A stretch of 63,591 nt of DNA, counting the filler, from Myxococcota bacterium (GTDB lineage Bacteria; Myxococcota_C; UBA6777), in NCBI GenBank assembly GCA_023150835.1. It is 3 parts of 3 records of this genome, joined end to end, with 100 filler letters (N's around TTAATTAATTAA, not from the genome) between each part and the next. Parts side by side here need not be neighbours in the genome. Positions count along the whole stretch, not along the records: positions 1 to 22,555 come from JAKLKB010000115.1; 2 more parts are not named here. The stretch is one strand, 5' to 3'. The first letter of the stretch is position 1. Each line of letters begins with the position of its first letter. The notes below the pieces were generated by a model, which saw only the letters and a program-made list of their open reading frames with translations, ran no database searches and was not told the DNA's origin. A program made the position numbers and the translations under genes. Below are positions 1 through 9,100 of this stretch, piece after piece.

Positions 1-110
1 GATCACTTCTCCCTCAAAGCACTTTGATCTGCCTTTTTCGAGGATCACTTCTCCCTCAAAGCACTTTGATCTGCCTTTTTCGAGGATCACTTCTCCCTCA
101 AAGCACTTTG
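1..110. repeat. 42-bp tandem repeat, about 2.6 copies, cut by window edge
   Basis: GATCACTTCTCCCTCAAAGCACTTTGATCTGCCTTTTTCGAG at 1-42 and 43-84, partial at 85-110. Confidence 0.9.
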
Positions 111-381
111 GGATGCCAAGCAAAAACAGCCCAAGCAACGTCGCAGGCGAGAAAGACCACACCATGCAAAACGAGTACATCGTGGTCATGAGAAAAGAGT
201 CGACGTAGGACGCCCTTCCTCCAACACAGAGAGGCAGCACATCCTTGCCATGCTGCCCGAAGACCTGCTACAAGACCAAGGAGAAGACGAAGAGGACGAT
301 AGCAAATAGGTACGACGCCGATCCCGCCAAAATAAGGGAGGCTTCGGGCGTTGTGTCAGGGATCTCAACCTTTGCAACAGG

Positions 382-1494
382 ATGGAGTTTCGGATGGTAC
401 TGATGACGATCTTGTATTTCGTGGGCGGACTGGTGTGCTTGGTTGGAGGCGCGGATCTGCTGGTCAAGGGAGCCTCGCGCTTGGCAGCGGCTGTGGGGGT
501 GTCTTCCTTGGTGATCGGTCTGACGGTCGTTGCGTTTGGAACGAGCGCGCCCGAGTTGGCCGTCAGCGTCAATTCAGCCCTTGCAGGGAAAGCGGGGATT
601 GCTCTGGGCAACGTGATCGGCAGCAATGTGTTTAATGTGCTCTTTATTCTTGGATTGTCGGCGATCATCGTACCATTGATCGTGGATCAGCAGCTTGTGC
701 GTTTTGATGTACCGCTGATGATCGGGCTTTCGATACTGACTTTCGTGGTATCGTGGGATGGCGTGATCAGCCGCACAGATGGACTGCTCTTTCTTGCGGG
801 GCTGGTCAGCTATGTGGTGTACTCGATTTATCAAAGCCGCAAAGAAACCGCCGCAATCAAAGCCGAATATGAGGGCGAGTTTGGGGTTCCCGAAGAAGAA
901 AAGCACCACTGGCTGAAGAATGTGGCTTTCTTGGTGGTGGGACTTGGCCTGTTGGTACTTGGTTCGCATTGGTTTGTGGTCGCGGCGGTGACGGTCGCCA
1001 AGGCGTTGGGAGTCAGCGAAGTCATCATCGGGATCACGATCGTTGCGATCGGAACTTCGCTACCCGAAGTCGTCACGTCGGTGGTAGCGGCAGTCCGAGG
1101 TGAGCGCGATATCGCGGTCGGAAACGTCGTTGGAAGCAACATCTTTAACATCATGGGCGTGTTGGGCTTTGCGGGGGCGCTTTCCCCGGGTCGCGGGCTG
1201 GAGGTCGCAACATCCATCTTGTACTTCGATATCCCTGTGATGATCGCGGTGGCGGCGGTATGTATGCCGATCTTTTTCTCAAACGGCGTGATCAGCCGCA
1301 CCGAAGGGTTCGTGTTGTTTAGCTATTACATCGCTTACACCGCTTACATCGTCTTGGTGACCATGAAACACCCTGCCCTTGCGACCTTCAACAACGCGAT
1401 GCTGTATTTTATGATGCCGCTCACAGGCATCACGATCTTGGCGATCTTTGCACAACACTTCCGCAAACCCAGCACGCCGACCCCCCAAGCCTAG
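382..1494 (+). CDS. Calcium/sodium antiporter (CaCA, YrbG-like)
   Basis: Two alpha-repeats GTSAPE and GTSLPE, each followed by GN(V)xGSN; about 10 hydrophobic segments. Start may be a few codons downstream. Confidence 0.92.
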   Translation: MEFRMVLMTILYFVGGLVCLVGGADLLVKGASRLAAAVGVSSLVIGLTVVAFGTSAPELAVSVNSALAGKAGIALGNVIGSNVFNVLFILGLSAIIVPLIVDQQLVRFDVPLMIGLSILTFVVSWDGVISRTDGLLFLAGLVSYVVYSIYQSRKETAAIKAEYEGEFGVPEEEKHHWLKNVAFLVVGLGLLVLGSHWFVVAAVTVAKALGVSEVIIGITIVAIGTSLPEVVTSVVAAVRGERDIAVGNVVGSNIFNIMGVLGFAGALSPGRGLEVATSILYFDIPVMIAVAAVCMPIFFSNGVISRTEGFVLFSYYIAYTAYIVLVTMKHPALATFNNAMLYFMMPLTGITILAIFAQHFRKPSTPTPQA

Positions 1495-1506
1495 CCCCCA
1501 AATCGC

Positions 1507-1627
1507 TACGATCTCCGAGAAATCTGTACTCGAAACGTCGGCACGATTTGTTGTAGACGCCCTGTGGTTGGGCAGTCACGGGGGGCTGCCCCTACATCTT
1601 CCGTGTACACGATGGGCGGATTTCGAA
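1507..1627 (-). mobile_element. Family C miniature element carrying a GTAG-type REP hairpin
   Basis: Ends TACGATCTCC...GGATTTCGAA; internal GGGCAGTCACGGGGGGCTGCCCCTAC; similar to 14441-14553 and 50624-50744. Confidence 0.6.
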
Positions 1628-1649
1628 TAATCCTCACAGAGAAAAAACA

Positions 1650-1678
1650 TTGACAGCGATTGCGTGGCTTCGCATACT
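1650..1678 (+). promoter_or_regulatory. Sigma70-type promoter of tRNA-Arg
   Basis: TTGACA (1650-1655), 17-bp spacer, CATACT (1673-1678); about 50 bp upstream of the tRNA. Confidence 0.75.
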
Positions 1679-1729
1679 CAGCGAACTTTTTATGGGTGAG
1701 ATCGTTGTGTGTTGACACAACCCACCCTT

Positions 1730-1804
1730 GCTCCCGTAGCTCAGGGGATAGAGCTGAGGATTCCTAATCCTTGTAAGTCGCAGGTTCGATTCCTGTCGGG
1801 GGCG
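1730..1804 (+). tRNA. tRNA-Arg (anticodon CCT), CCA not encoded
   Basis: Acceptor GCTCCCG/CGGGGGC, D arm GCTC..GAGC, anticodon arm GAGGA-TTCCTAA-TCCTT, T arm GCAGG-TTCGATT-CCTGT. Confidence 0.93.
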
Positions 1805-1942
1805 CATCTTCTTTCCTTTCGTCTCACCGCTGTTTTCCCACCCCACAAACCCCGTCTCTCCACCCAACAACAACCCTTCTCGACAAAAGCAGTGTGCTTC
1901 GCTTCCACACAACCCCCTCCCCAAAGTCGTGTTCGCAGACGT

Positions 1943-3091
1943 TCAGGTTCCGATCACATCAAAAGAACCCGAAGGGCGGGCATCTTCGAGCAAGGACATG
2001 GTGGCTCCACGATACGACTCAAAGCCGGTCACTTCGCTTTCGACTTGCAAAAAAGGCGGGAGTTCGAGGGGGGATAGCAAGCTAGGCACTTCGACTTTCA
2101 ACATCTCGATATGACGGTGTCTTTCGGGTTCGAGATAGGTATCCCACTCAAAGTAATGGTTCTTCCACAAGAAGACGCGGCGGATCTTTTTGAGGGTGGT
2201 GCGTCGGGGATCGGATTCGGCCAACATGGCGATGTATTCGCGGCCACTCAGGGGATATTCGACCTCGACACGTTTTCCGTCGGTGGTGGTGCGCTTCATC
2301 TTGTGGGTGTAGACGTAAGAACCGCGTTCTCCACGTCGTTGTATCCGCGCCTTTGCACCTGCGGGGCTGGTCAGATACGTTTGGTCGATCTCCAACTCTT
2401 GGAAGTGAACAGGCAAAGACTTGGGTTGAGTGCCTCGGGCCAACAGGAATTTGCGGTCGACTTTTTGGGGGGCAGGCATCCCGACGACGTTGCAGACAGC
2501 GGCGACAACGCGCTGAACTTTTTCTTGAAAGTCTGTGGAGTTGTCGATCACGCGCAAACAAGGATGCCCGACCCACGCATCACGCACCTTGCGATCCAAC
2601 ATTCGCGCAAGCTCAGGCGTTTCCGTACGCACCGCGTTGTTTTCGGTGGTGTAAAAAGCCTCGGCTCCATCCGCCGCTGTCACGAGGTGGATCACCGCTT
2701 CATAACGGCGATCGCGCAGCCAAGGTGTTGTCCAACCATGCTCGTCGAGCAAGGCTGTCCAAGCCCCCGCAGGCATATACGCCGAAGCATCCATCGTTCC
2801 GCGATCTGCGATCACGATCGCCGGCCTCCCTGATGCGCGTGCGATCGCAAACACCGCATCTTCGAGCGCCATCATCACCCGCAAGATCCCTTCTTGCAAC
2901 ACCACCAACTGCTCCACCGTACTGCCTTGGACCGACACCCCACTGCCCAACAACAACGAGGCCGTCTCAGGGACGCGATACACTTGGAATCCCATCCCTT
3001 GCATACGCTCGGCGATGTGCGACATCGACGTACTCTTCCCACCACAAGGACCGCCCGTTAACACCACACGCAAAACAGGCACTTTTTCCAT
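1943..3091 (-). CDS. P-loop NTPase (AAA_28-like) fused to CYTH-like domain (TTD14-like architecture)
   Basis: VVLTGGPCGGKST Walker A, IADRGTMD; C-terminal RKFL, IDQTYL, KIRRVF, YFEWDTY. ORF is open upstream to 3280. Confidence 0.8.
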   Translation of the reverse strand: MEKVPVLRVVLTGGPCGGKSTSMSHIAERMQGMGFQVYRVPETASLLLGSGVSVQGSTVEQLVVLQEGILRVMMALEDAVFAIARASGRPAIVIADRGTMDASAYMPAGAWTALLDEHGWTTPWLRDRRYEAVIHLVTAADGAEAFYTTENNAVRTETPELARMLDRKVRDAWVGHPCLRVIDNSTDFQEKVQRVVAAVCNVVGMPAPQKVDRKFLLARGTQPKSLPVHFQELEIDQTYLTSPAGAKARIQRRGERGSYVYTHKMKRTTTDGKRVEVEYPLSGREYIAMLAESDPRRTTLKKIRRVFLWKNHYFEWDTYLEPERHRHIEMLKVEVPSLLSPLELPPFLQVESEVTGFESYRGATMSLLEDARPSGSFDVIGT

Positions 3092-3325
3092 CGGCTTTTT
3101 CTCCGCATCGAACTGACGCAGTTGGATGACAAACCCTCCGCCAACCCGCGTGAACGGGTACTGGCGCGCCACCTTAGCGCCCTTTTCTTGAATTGCCAAG
3201 ATCATCCCCACAAACCCAAGCACGCCAATTCGCAACCATCCCCTTCCCTCACGCATCTCTTGTGCGTAAACTCTTTCCATTGTTTTGTTTTTTCACAAAA
3301 CGCCCTCGAATCAAGGACGGCCCAA

Positions 3326-5158
3326 ATGACGCACCAGCCCGAAAAGCCAAGACCCCACCACCCCAACAAGCAAACCCTCATGCACAACACGCCACTGGTC
3401 GTCAACCCGCTGGCGCTTGTCGGCGAAGACACCCAAGCCGCCAACGCCCGCAAAGCCGCTATCAAGCAGGCCAAACAAACCATCGCAGGCGGTGCGCTCC
3501 TGCTCCCGCTCGATCCGAGCCTCTTGATCGGCCAAGATGCCCACCCATCCGCCCCCTCCGACACCGTTAACGAAACCCTCTCACCCCACGAAGAAGCCCA
3601 GATCTCCGCACTCTTCCAAGATATCTTCCTCGAAGAAACACCTCCCCACCCAAACCACCGCGCCGCCCGACTCGGCACACGCGCTTGGGAAGAACCCGCG
3701 CTCCAACCCCCCTCCTCTTTTCTTCCCCCGCACGAAGACACCGCTCACACTCACCTCGCAGACTTTGCCCCGATCCCACCCATGATCCACGCAACCACAT
3801 TCGACGAACCCATCCCACCCACGATCCGCACAACCACACTCGACGAACCCATCCCGCCCATGATCCACGCAACCACACTCGACGAACCCATCTCATCCTC
3901 CGTCAAATCCCCCGAAACACGTGGCCTCTCCGAGGCAAGCCTGAAAGCGCCCTCGCCTTCGCAAGTCACCAACGAAGCGATGTTGATCGCGAAACGCACA
4001 ACCGTTCTTCCCGAAGTCGATCTACGCGCAGGAAGCCCCACACTCATCCAATCCAACAAAGATCGCTACGAATTCAAAAAAACACTCGGCGAAGGAGCCG
4101 TCGGCGAAGTCGAACTCGCACGCGACAACGATATCCACCGCATGGTCGCCATCAAACGCCTCAAAAAATCACTGCACTCTCCTTCGACTCTGCTGCGTTT
4201 TGCCGAAGAGATCCGCACCGTCGGCAGCCTCGAACACCCCAACATTATCCCGATCCACGATGTAGGTGTCGATGAAGAAGGCCGATATTACTTTGTGATG
4301 AAGCATATCCAAGGCGTAACGATCGAACACATCATCGAACGCCTCCAAGCAGGAGACGCCGAATACCACGCGAAATATAGCTTTGAATATCGCGCCCGCA
4401 TCTGTATGGAGATCTTGCGTGCGATGCAATTTGCCCATAGTCACGGGGTGATCCACCGCGATCTCAAACCCGCCAATATCATGGTCGGCCCCTTTGGTGA
4501 GGTCGTCGTCATGGACTGGGGGATCGCCAAGCGCATCCGCCAAATCACCCCACCCAACGCACAGATCCAAGGCTTCCTCGATCAACTCGATCACGATATC
4601 GCCCAACGCCTCGAAGCCGACGGCGGCTCCCGCGAACGACTGTTCCAAACCCGCAACGACACCCTGCTCGGCACCCCCATGTATATGTCCCCCGAACAAG
4701 CCCTCGGACACAACGACAAACTCGACGAACGCAGCGATATCTACAGCCTGTTTGTCGTCTTCTATGAATTTCTTACCCTGCACCATTATCTCGAAGGGGC
4801 CGCATCCCTCGAAGAACTCTTGCGTGGTATCCTCCAACGCGAACCCAAAAATCCCCTGCTCAATCGCCACACCACACAACCCCCCATCCCTGCGGACCTC
4901 CACTGGTTCCTGCTGTGGGGATTTCAAAAAGATCCCGCCAAACGGCCCCAAACCATCGCCGAGATCATCCACCGCCTCCAACGCATCGAAGACGGCTACG
5001 CGCATATCCAATGCCCCGTCACACTCAACAAGCGCGCTGCCACAGGCTTTGCCCACTTTATCAACCGACACCCCGTCCTCAGCACTCTTTCCACTCTGTT
5101 CGCCGCAACCCTGATGCTCGGTGGATGCGCCTTTTTCGTCCTCCTGTTTCTGCCCTAA
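3326..5158 (+). CDS. Ser/Thr protein kinase with long disordered N-terminus and C-terminal TM helix
   Basis: LGEGAVG, VAIK, HRDLKPAN, DWG, GTPMYMSPE; AAGGA RBS before ATG 3326. Confidence 0.92.
   Translation: MTHQPEKPRPHHPNKQTLMHNTPLVVNPLALVGEDTQAANARKAAIKQAKQTIAGGALLLPLDPSLLIGQDAHPSAPSDTVNETLSPHEEAQISALFQDIFLEETPPHPNHRAARLGTRAWEEPALQPPSSFLPPHEDTAHTHLADFAPIPPMIHATTFDEPIPPTIRTTTLDEPIPPMIHATTLDEPISSSVKSPETRGLSEASLKAPSPSQVTNEAMLIAKRTTVLPEVDLRAGSPTLIQSNKDRYEFKKTLGEGAVGEVELARDNDIHRMVAIKRLKKSLHSPSTLLRFAEEIRTVGSLEHPNIIPIHDVGVDEEGRYYFVMKHIQGVTIEHIIERLQAGDAEYHAKYSFEYRARICMEILRAMQFAHSHGVIHRDLKPANIMVGPFGEVVVMDWGIAKRIRQITPPNAQIQGFLDQLDHDIAQRLEADGGSRERLFQTRNDTLLGTPMYMSPEQALGHNDKLDERSDIYSLFVVFYEFLTLHHYLEGAASLEELLRGILQREPKNPLLNRHTTQPPIPADLHWFLLWGFQKDPAKRPQTIAEIIHRLQRIEDGYAHIQCPVTLNKRAATGFAHFINRHPVLSTLSTLFAATLMLGGCAFFVLLFLP
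3769..3890 (+). repeat. 39-bp coding tandem repeat (PIPPxIxxTTxDE x3) in kinase
   Basis: Visible in DNA and protein. Confidence 0.85.
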
Positions 5159-5348
5159 TCCCCTCCAATCCTCACGTTGCTTGCTCCAAACACCTCACCT
5201 CCCCTACAAAGCTCCATGCACCCTTATTTTTGTGTTGAAGATTTTTTGATCCTGTGAGTCTAATGCCATCAGATCGCAGAGAGCAATCAACGCGACAAAA
5301 GGTCCGATAAGCCCCGCGACCGCAAAACATAGAACAGGAGTTCCTGAC

Positions 5349-5936
5349 ATGAAGAAGATGCTCTTCACAGCGTCCATTCTGGGCGCGCTCGCCTTCGCCT
5401 TCCTCTATTCCCCCAACGATGCCGACGCGCAGCGTTATCGCCGTCGTCGCTGTGCTCAACTCGCCAATCAAGTCAGCGTCTGGTCAGTAGAGCGCAACCG
5501 CCACATCAATCGCTGGAACCGCTGCAAAGCCGTCCTCGGCTGGTCCCACCCTCGTTGTCAGCGTATCCGCAGCACCGTCATCGCATGGCAGCAAAACGTC
5601 AACGTCGCACGCAACAACTACAGTGCGTGGGGTTGCCGCTTTGCATGGGGTACATGGAATGACCCTTGGGCCCCCGCTCCCGCTCCTGCCCCCGGCGCGT
5701 ATGCCAACCAACAATGCGCAAAGCTCGGTGTTCGTGTCAACCGTTGGCGCGGCATCCGCAACGACTACATCAACCGCTGGAACAACTGCCAAGCTGCCCT
5801 CGGCTGGAGACATCCCCGTTGTCGCCACCTTCGCCGCAAAGTCAACAATTGGTACGCAAACGTCAACGTTGCGCGTGGCAACTACCGCGATTGGGGCTGC
5901 CGCTTCCGTTGGGGTAACTGGAACAACCCTTGGTGA
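5349..5936 (+). CDS. Secreted Trp/Arg/Cys-rich protein with two tandem homologous domains
   Basis: AGGAG RBS, signal peptide ending ADA, two ~73-aa repeats each with 4 Cys. Confidence 0.85.
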   Translation: MKKMLFTASILGALAFAFLYSPNDADAQRYRRRRCAQLANQVSVWSVERNRHINRWNRCKAVLGWSHPRCQRIRSTVIAWQQNVNVARNNYSAWGCRFAWGTWNDPWAPAPAPAPGAYANQQCAKLGVRVNRWRGIRNDYINRWNNCQAALGWRHPRCRHLRRKVNNWYANVNVARGNYRDWGCRFRWGNWNNPW

Positions 5937-5955
5937 TCCTCTCGCGCTCACCGGT

Positions 5956-6011
5956 GTTCGGATGATCCATCTTCGGATGATCCATGTTCGGATGATCCAT
6001 GTTCGGATGAT
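5956..6011. repeat. 15-bp tandem repeat (GTTCGGATGATCCAT) about 3.7 copies
   Basis: Direct inspection. Confidence 0.9.
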
Positions 6012-6051
6012 GTAAGCGTCGCCTCTCTTGGCTAGACGATTTCGCAAAGAC

Positions 6052-6087
6052 AAAAAGCCCACGAGTACGGATCTTGTGGGCTTTTTT
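6052..6087. terminator. Bidirectional intrinsic terminator
   Basis: AAAAAGCCCACGAG...CTTGTGGGCTTTTTT between convergent genes. Confidence 0.85.
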
Positions 6088-6214
6088 GCGTTTCCCCCCC
6101 CAAATCAGCCCCAGCCCGACCCCACTTCCCCCAAACGAAGGAGGCCGAGTTTAAGGGCGTCCACAAGCGCTTTGTGTTAGAAGATCGCGTTGGGGGGTAA
6201 GGGGGGGAGCGAGT

Positions 6215-8545
6215 TTAAGGGCGTCCACAAGCGCTTTGTGTTCCATCAGGACGGACACAAGGGGCGTTCGGCTGGCAAAAGGGTTTGGAGCAACACAAGA
6301 CGGGGGGTTGGACGTAGACGCACACTCCATTTTGGCAGTCTTCACCTTGGTTGCAATCACAAGCATTCAGGCAGCTTTGTTGGGAACAGTAGGCCAACTG
6401 ACCTTGGGCATCTTCGCAGCGATTCCCGGGAGGACAGAAGGGCTTGTCGCAACAATAGATCCGCGATCCAGAAGTGACGATCGTGCAGCGCCCGCGCACG
6501 CAAGATTGCCCTTGGTTGGGACAATCGCACGCACTTTGACAGGACGCTGTGGGGCAAAGGGCGGCTTGGTTTTGAGCGTTAAAACAAGCCTGCCCTTGAG
6601 GACATCCGACTTTGTCGCAACAATAGACCGCAGGGAAAGTGCCGATACATTGGCCGCGATAACAATCGTCGCCTTGGGGACAGTCACACGGCGAAGCGCA
6701 GGTCGATTGGGGGGTGCAAGTCGCCCACTGATTGCTTGCGTTGCGACAACGCTCGCCTTGGGGACAGCCCGATTGACCGCAACAATAGACGGGCGGACTG
6801 GTCGTCAAACAGATACCGCTGCGGCAATCTTCGCCTTGCGCGCAATCACACGGAGATTGGCAACGACGCGCTGCGCACTGCCCGACCTGACCGTTGGCTT
6901 GGTAGCAGAATTGATCCAACGGACAACCTGCATTGGAGCAACAATACGCCCCTCCAAGCCCGGGATCTTGATTGCAAAGGCCATTGATACAAGTCGCTCC
7001 TTGGGGACAATCGCAAAGCGTGTTGCAGGGTGCAGGGCAAAAGCCCGATTGCATCGTCTTGTTTTCGCAGCCTTGCCCTTGGGGACAGCCTTCTTTGTCA
7101 CAACAAAAAGCCGGTTGTGCGCTGGTTTTGCATTGCCCGCCTGTACAAGCCTCGCCTTGAACACAATCGCAAGCACTCCGACAAGGACGCGGTCGTTGCG
7201 GGCAGATCGCAACAGAGCCTGTCTTGTCTTTGCACGTCGCTGTGGGTGGACAGCCTTGGGCGTTGTCACAACAATACATCGGCGCGGGGCCGCGAAAGCA
7301 CTTGCCGTTGGAACAGTCGTAGCCTTCGGGACAATCACACGGCGAAACGCACAGCAACGGACACTTCCCCGCAGCACTCGCCGAAGTGTAGCACGTCGCA
7401 CCACCCGGACAGCCCGGGTTCTCACAACAATATCCGGGAAAAGAAGACTTAAAGCACTTGCCCTCGACACAGTACTGACCCTGTGGACAATCGCACAACG
7501 TCGCGCAGCTTTGGGGTGGAGCGCACAGCCCTGTCCCCAAACCACAAAGCCCGACATCTTGCGTTGTTTTCGTCACGCAGACGCCACCGATACACCGTCC
7601 ATCGGACTTTTCGCACAGCTTGCCGATCTGTTGACAAGGGCGGGTCGGGCAGTCCTGATCTTTTTGACAAGCAGGCCCCTCAACACACTTCCCTGCGTCC
7701 TTGTCGCATCCGCCTTTTTTGGGGGTGCGTTGGACATCGCACTTTGCATCGACGCAGCGCGCCAAGACTTCGGCGCATCCTTGCGGGCCTTGCTCACAAC
7801 CCGAGATGCCGCAATCGCGATCTTTGATACAAGCAGGCGCTGGCGCACACTTTCCGTCCGAATCATCGGGCGTTTTGCAAGCCGCTCCCGCAGGACAACC
7901 CGCCTTCGAACAACAATACACGGGCGACTCTCCCCCCACACAACGGCCCTGCACACACGCCTCGCCTTGTGGACAATCGCAGGTCTTTTGACACGCAGGC
8001 TTTTCTCCGCAAACGCCCAAGCTACCGTCACTTCGCTGACACGCTCCTTGTTTACACTCCTCTGGACGCGAACAACACACCACCTTTTGGCCTAGCTTCG
8101 AGCACTGCCCACCTTCGCAAGAAAGCCCCACCGCACAATCACACACGCTCTTGCAAACACGCCCAGCCTCACCGCATATTCCGCTGCCTGTTCGCGGAGA
8201 GCGACACGCCTCCCCCACCACGCAGCCCGCCTTATCGCAACAATACACCGCCACCGCCACTTGGTTGCATACGCCGCCCTCACACCCTTCCCCTTGCTTG
8301 CAATCACAAGGATGCGTACACGCCCTCGGCTCCCCAGCCACCCCATCTACGGGGCTTTCGTTCGCCCCCTCGCTCACACCTTCGATGCCGTCTTTGGAAA
8401 CCCCACTGTCTCCGTCGCGTTCTTCTCCCACACCTTCCGCGCTAGACTCCGTGGGGGGGCCTCCGTCACAACGGCATCCCACCGCAACCACCGCCCACAC
8501 ACCGATCACAAACAACCAACCCCGCAAACGCCAAACCCGCTCCAT
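6215..8545 (-). CDS. Cys-rich repeat lipoprotein (11 CDC/YCC repeats)
   Basis: AAGGAGG RBS before ATG 8545, lipobox VAVGC, repeated CxxxCDCxQGxxCxxGxC...YCCxxxxCPxGxxC. Confidence 0.88.
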   Translation of the reverse strand: MERVWRLRGWLFVIGVWAVVAVGCRCDGGPPTESSAEGVGEERDGDSGVSKDGIEGVSEGANESPVDGVAGEPRACTHPCDCKQGEGCEGGVCNQVAVAVYCCDKAGCVVGEACRSPRTGSGICGEAGRVCKSVCDCAVGLSCEGGQCSKLGQKVVCCSRPEECKQGACQRSDGSLGVCGEKPACQKTCDCPQGEACVQGRCVGGESPVYCCSKAGCPAGAACKTPDDSDGKCAPAPACIKDRDCGISGCEQGPQGCAEVLARCVDAKCDVQRTPKKGGCDKDAGKCVEGPACQKDQDCPTRPCQQIGKLCEKSDGRCIGGVCVTKTTQDVGLCGLGTGLCAPPQSCATLCDCPQGQYCVEGKCFKSSFPGYCCENPGCPGGATCYTSASAAGKCPLLCVSPCDCPEGYDCSNGKCFRGPAPMYCCDNAQGCPPTATCKDKTGSVAICPQRPRPCRSACDCVQGEACTGGQCKTSAQPAFCCDKEGCPQGQGCENKTMQSGFCPAPCNTLCDCPQGATCINGLCNQDPGLGGAYCCSNAGCPLDQFCYQANGQVGQCAARRCQSPCDCAQGEDCRSGICLTTSPPVYCCGQSGCPQGERCRNASNQWATCTPQSTCASPCDCPQGDDCYRGQCIGTFPAVYCCDKVGCPQGQACFNAQNQAALCPTASCQSACDCPNQGQSCVRGRCTIVTSGSRIYCCDKPFCPPGNRCEDAQGQLAYCSQQSCLNACDCNQGEDCQNGVCVYVQPPVLCCSKPFCQPNAPCVRPDGTQSACGRP

Positions 8546-8671
8546 CTCGATCCTCCTTTCGTGCGCAACTGCGCCACAAAACACAAGGATCTCCAAGGTC
8601 TAGAATCCATCCCCCTTTTATCGTCTCCCCTGATCTCCATCGAAGTGATGCAGCCGACAAAAAGACGCGCC

Positions 8672-9091
8672 TCACTTTCCAAAGCCCAATCCACCGCCTC
8701 GAAAGCCACCGCCGCCCCTCGCACGATACTGCACCAGCCGCCCCCCTCGTTGATAGGCTTGCCACCTGACCAGATTCGCCCGTTGCTGCGAGCGATACGA
8801 AGCATAGCCGGGATGAAACCAGATCCAGTTGCTGTAGCGGTATCGATCCTGATAACAATAACCCTTTTGCAGATCACAAACCGCATCTGGCGGACAGTCC
8901 GCCAGATCCTTGCGCGCCCAACCACATCGCTGCGTTAAAAAGCACGACCCCTGCAAACATACGCCCCCCCCGCATTCTGCGTCGCTGACACAGACACGCA
9001 CAAAGTCCGAACGTATCCCAAGCCACAGCCCAAAACCAAATGGGATCACCAAGATCGCAACCACCCAAAAACCAAACGTATCTTTTTGCAT
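8672..9091 (-). CDS. Small membrane-anchored Cys-rich protein with Gly-rich C-terminus
   Basis: GGAGGGG RBS, N-terminal TM, CVSDAEC/CxxxxDC motifs, ends RGGGGFRGGGLGFGK. Confidence 0.75.
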   Translation of the reverse strand: MQKDTFGFWVVAILVIPFGFGLWLGIRSDFVRVCVSDAECGGGVCLQGSCFLTQRCGWARKDLADCPPDAVCDLQKGYCYQDRYRYSNWIWFHPGYASYRSQQRANLVRWQAYQRGGRLVQYRARGGGGFRGGGLGFGK

Positions 9092-9100
9092 CTCCCCTCC

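Noticed and set aside
1-110. Possible CRISPR array
   Set aside because: Units are contiguous with no unique spacers, and no cas genes are in the window.
1730-3091. tRNA as integration site for a genomic island
   Set aside because: No integrase nearby and I found no duplicate of the tRNA 3' end.
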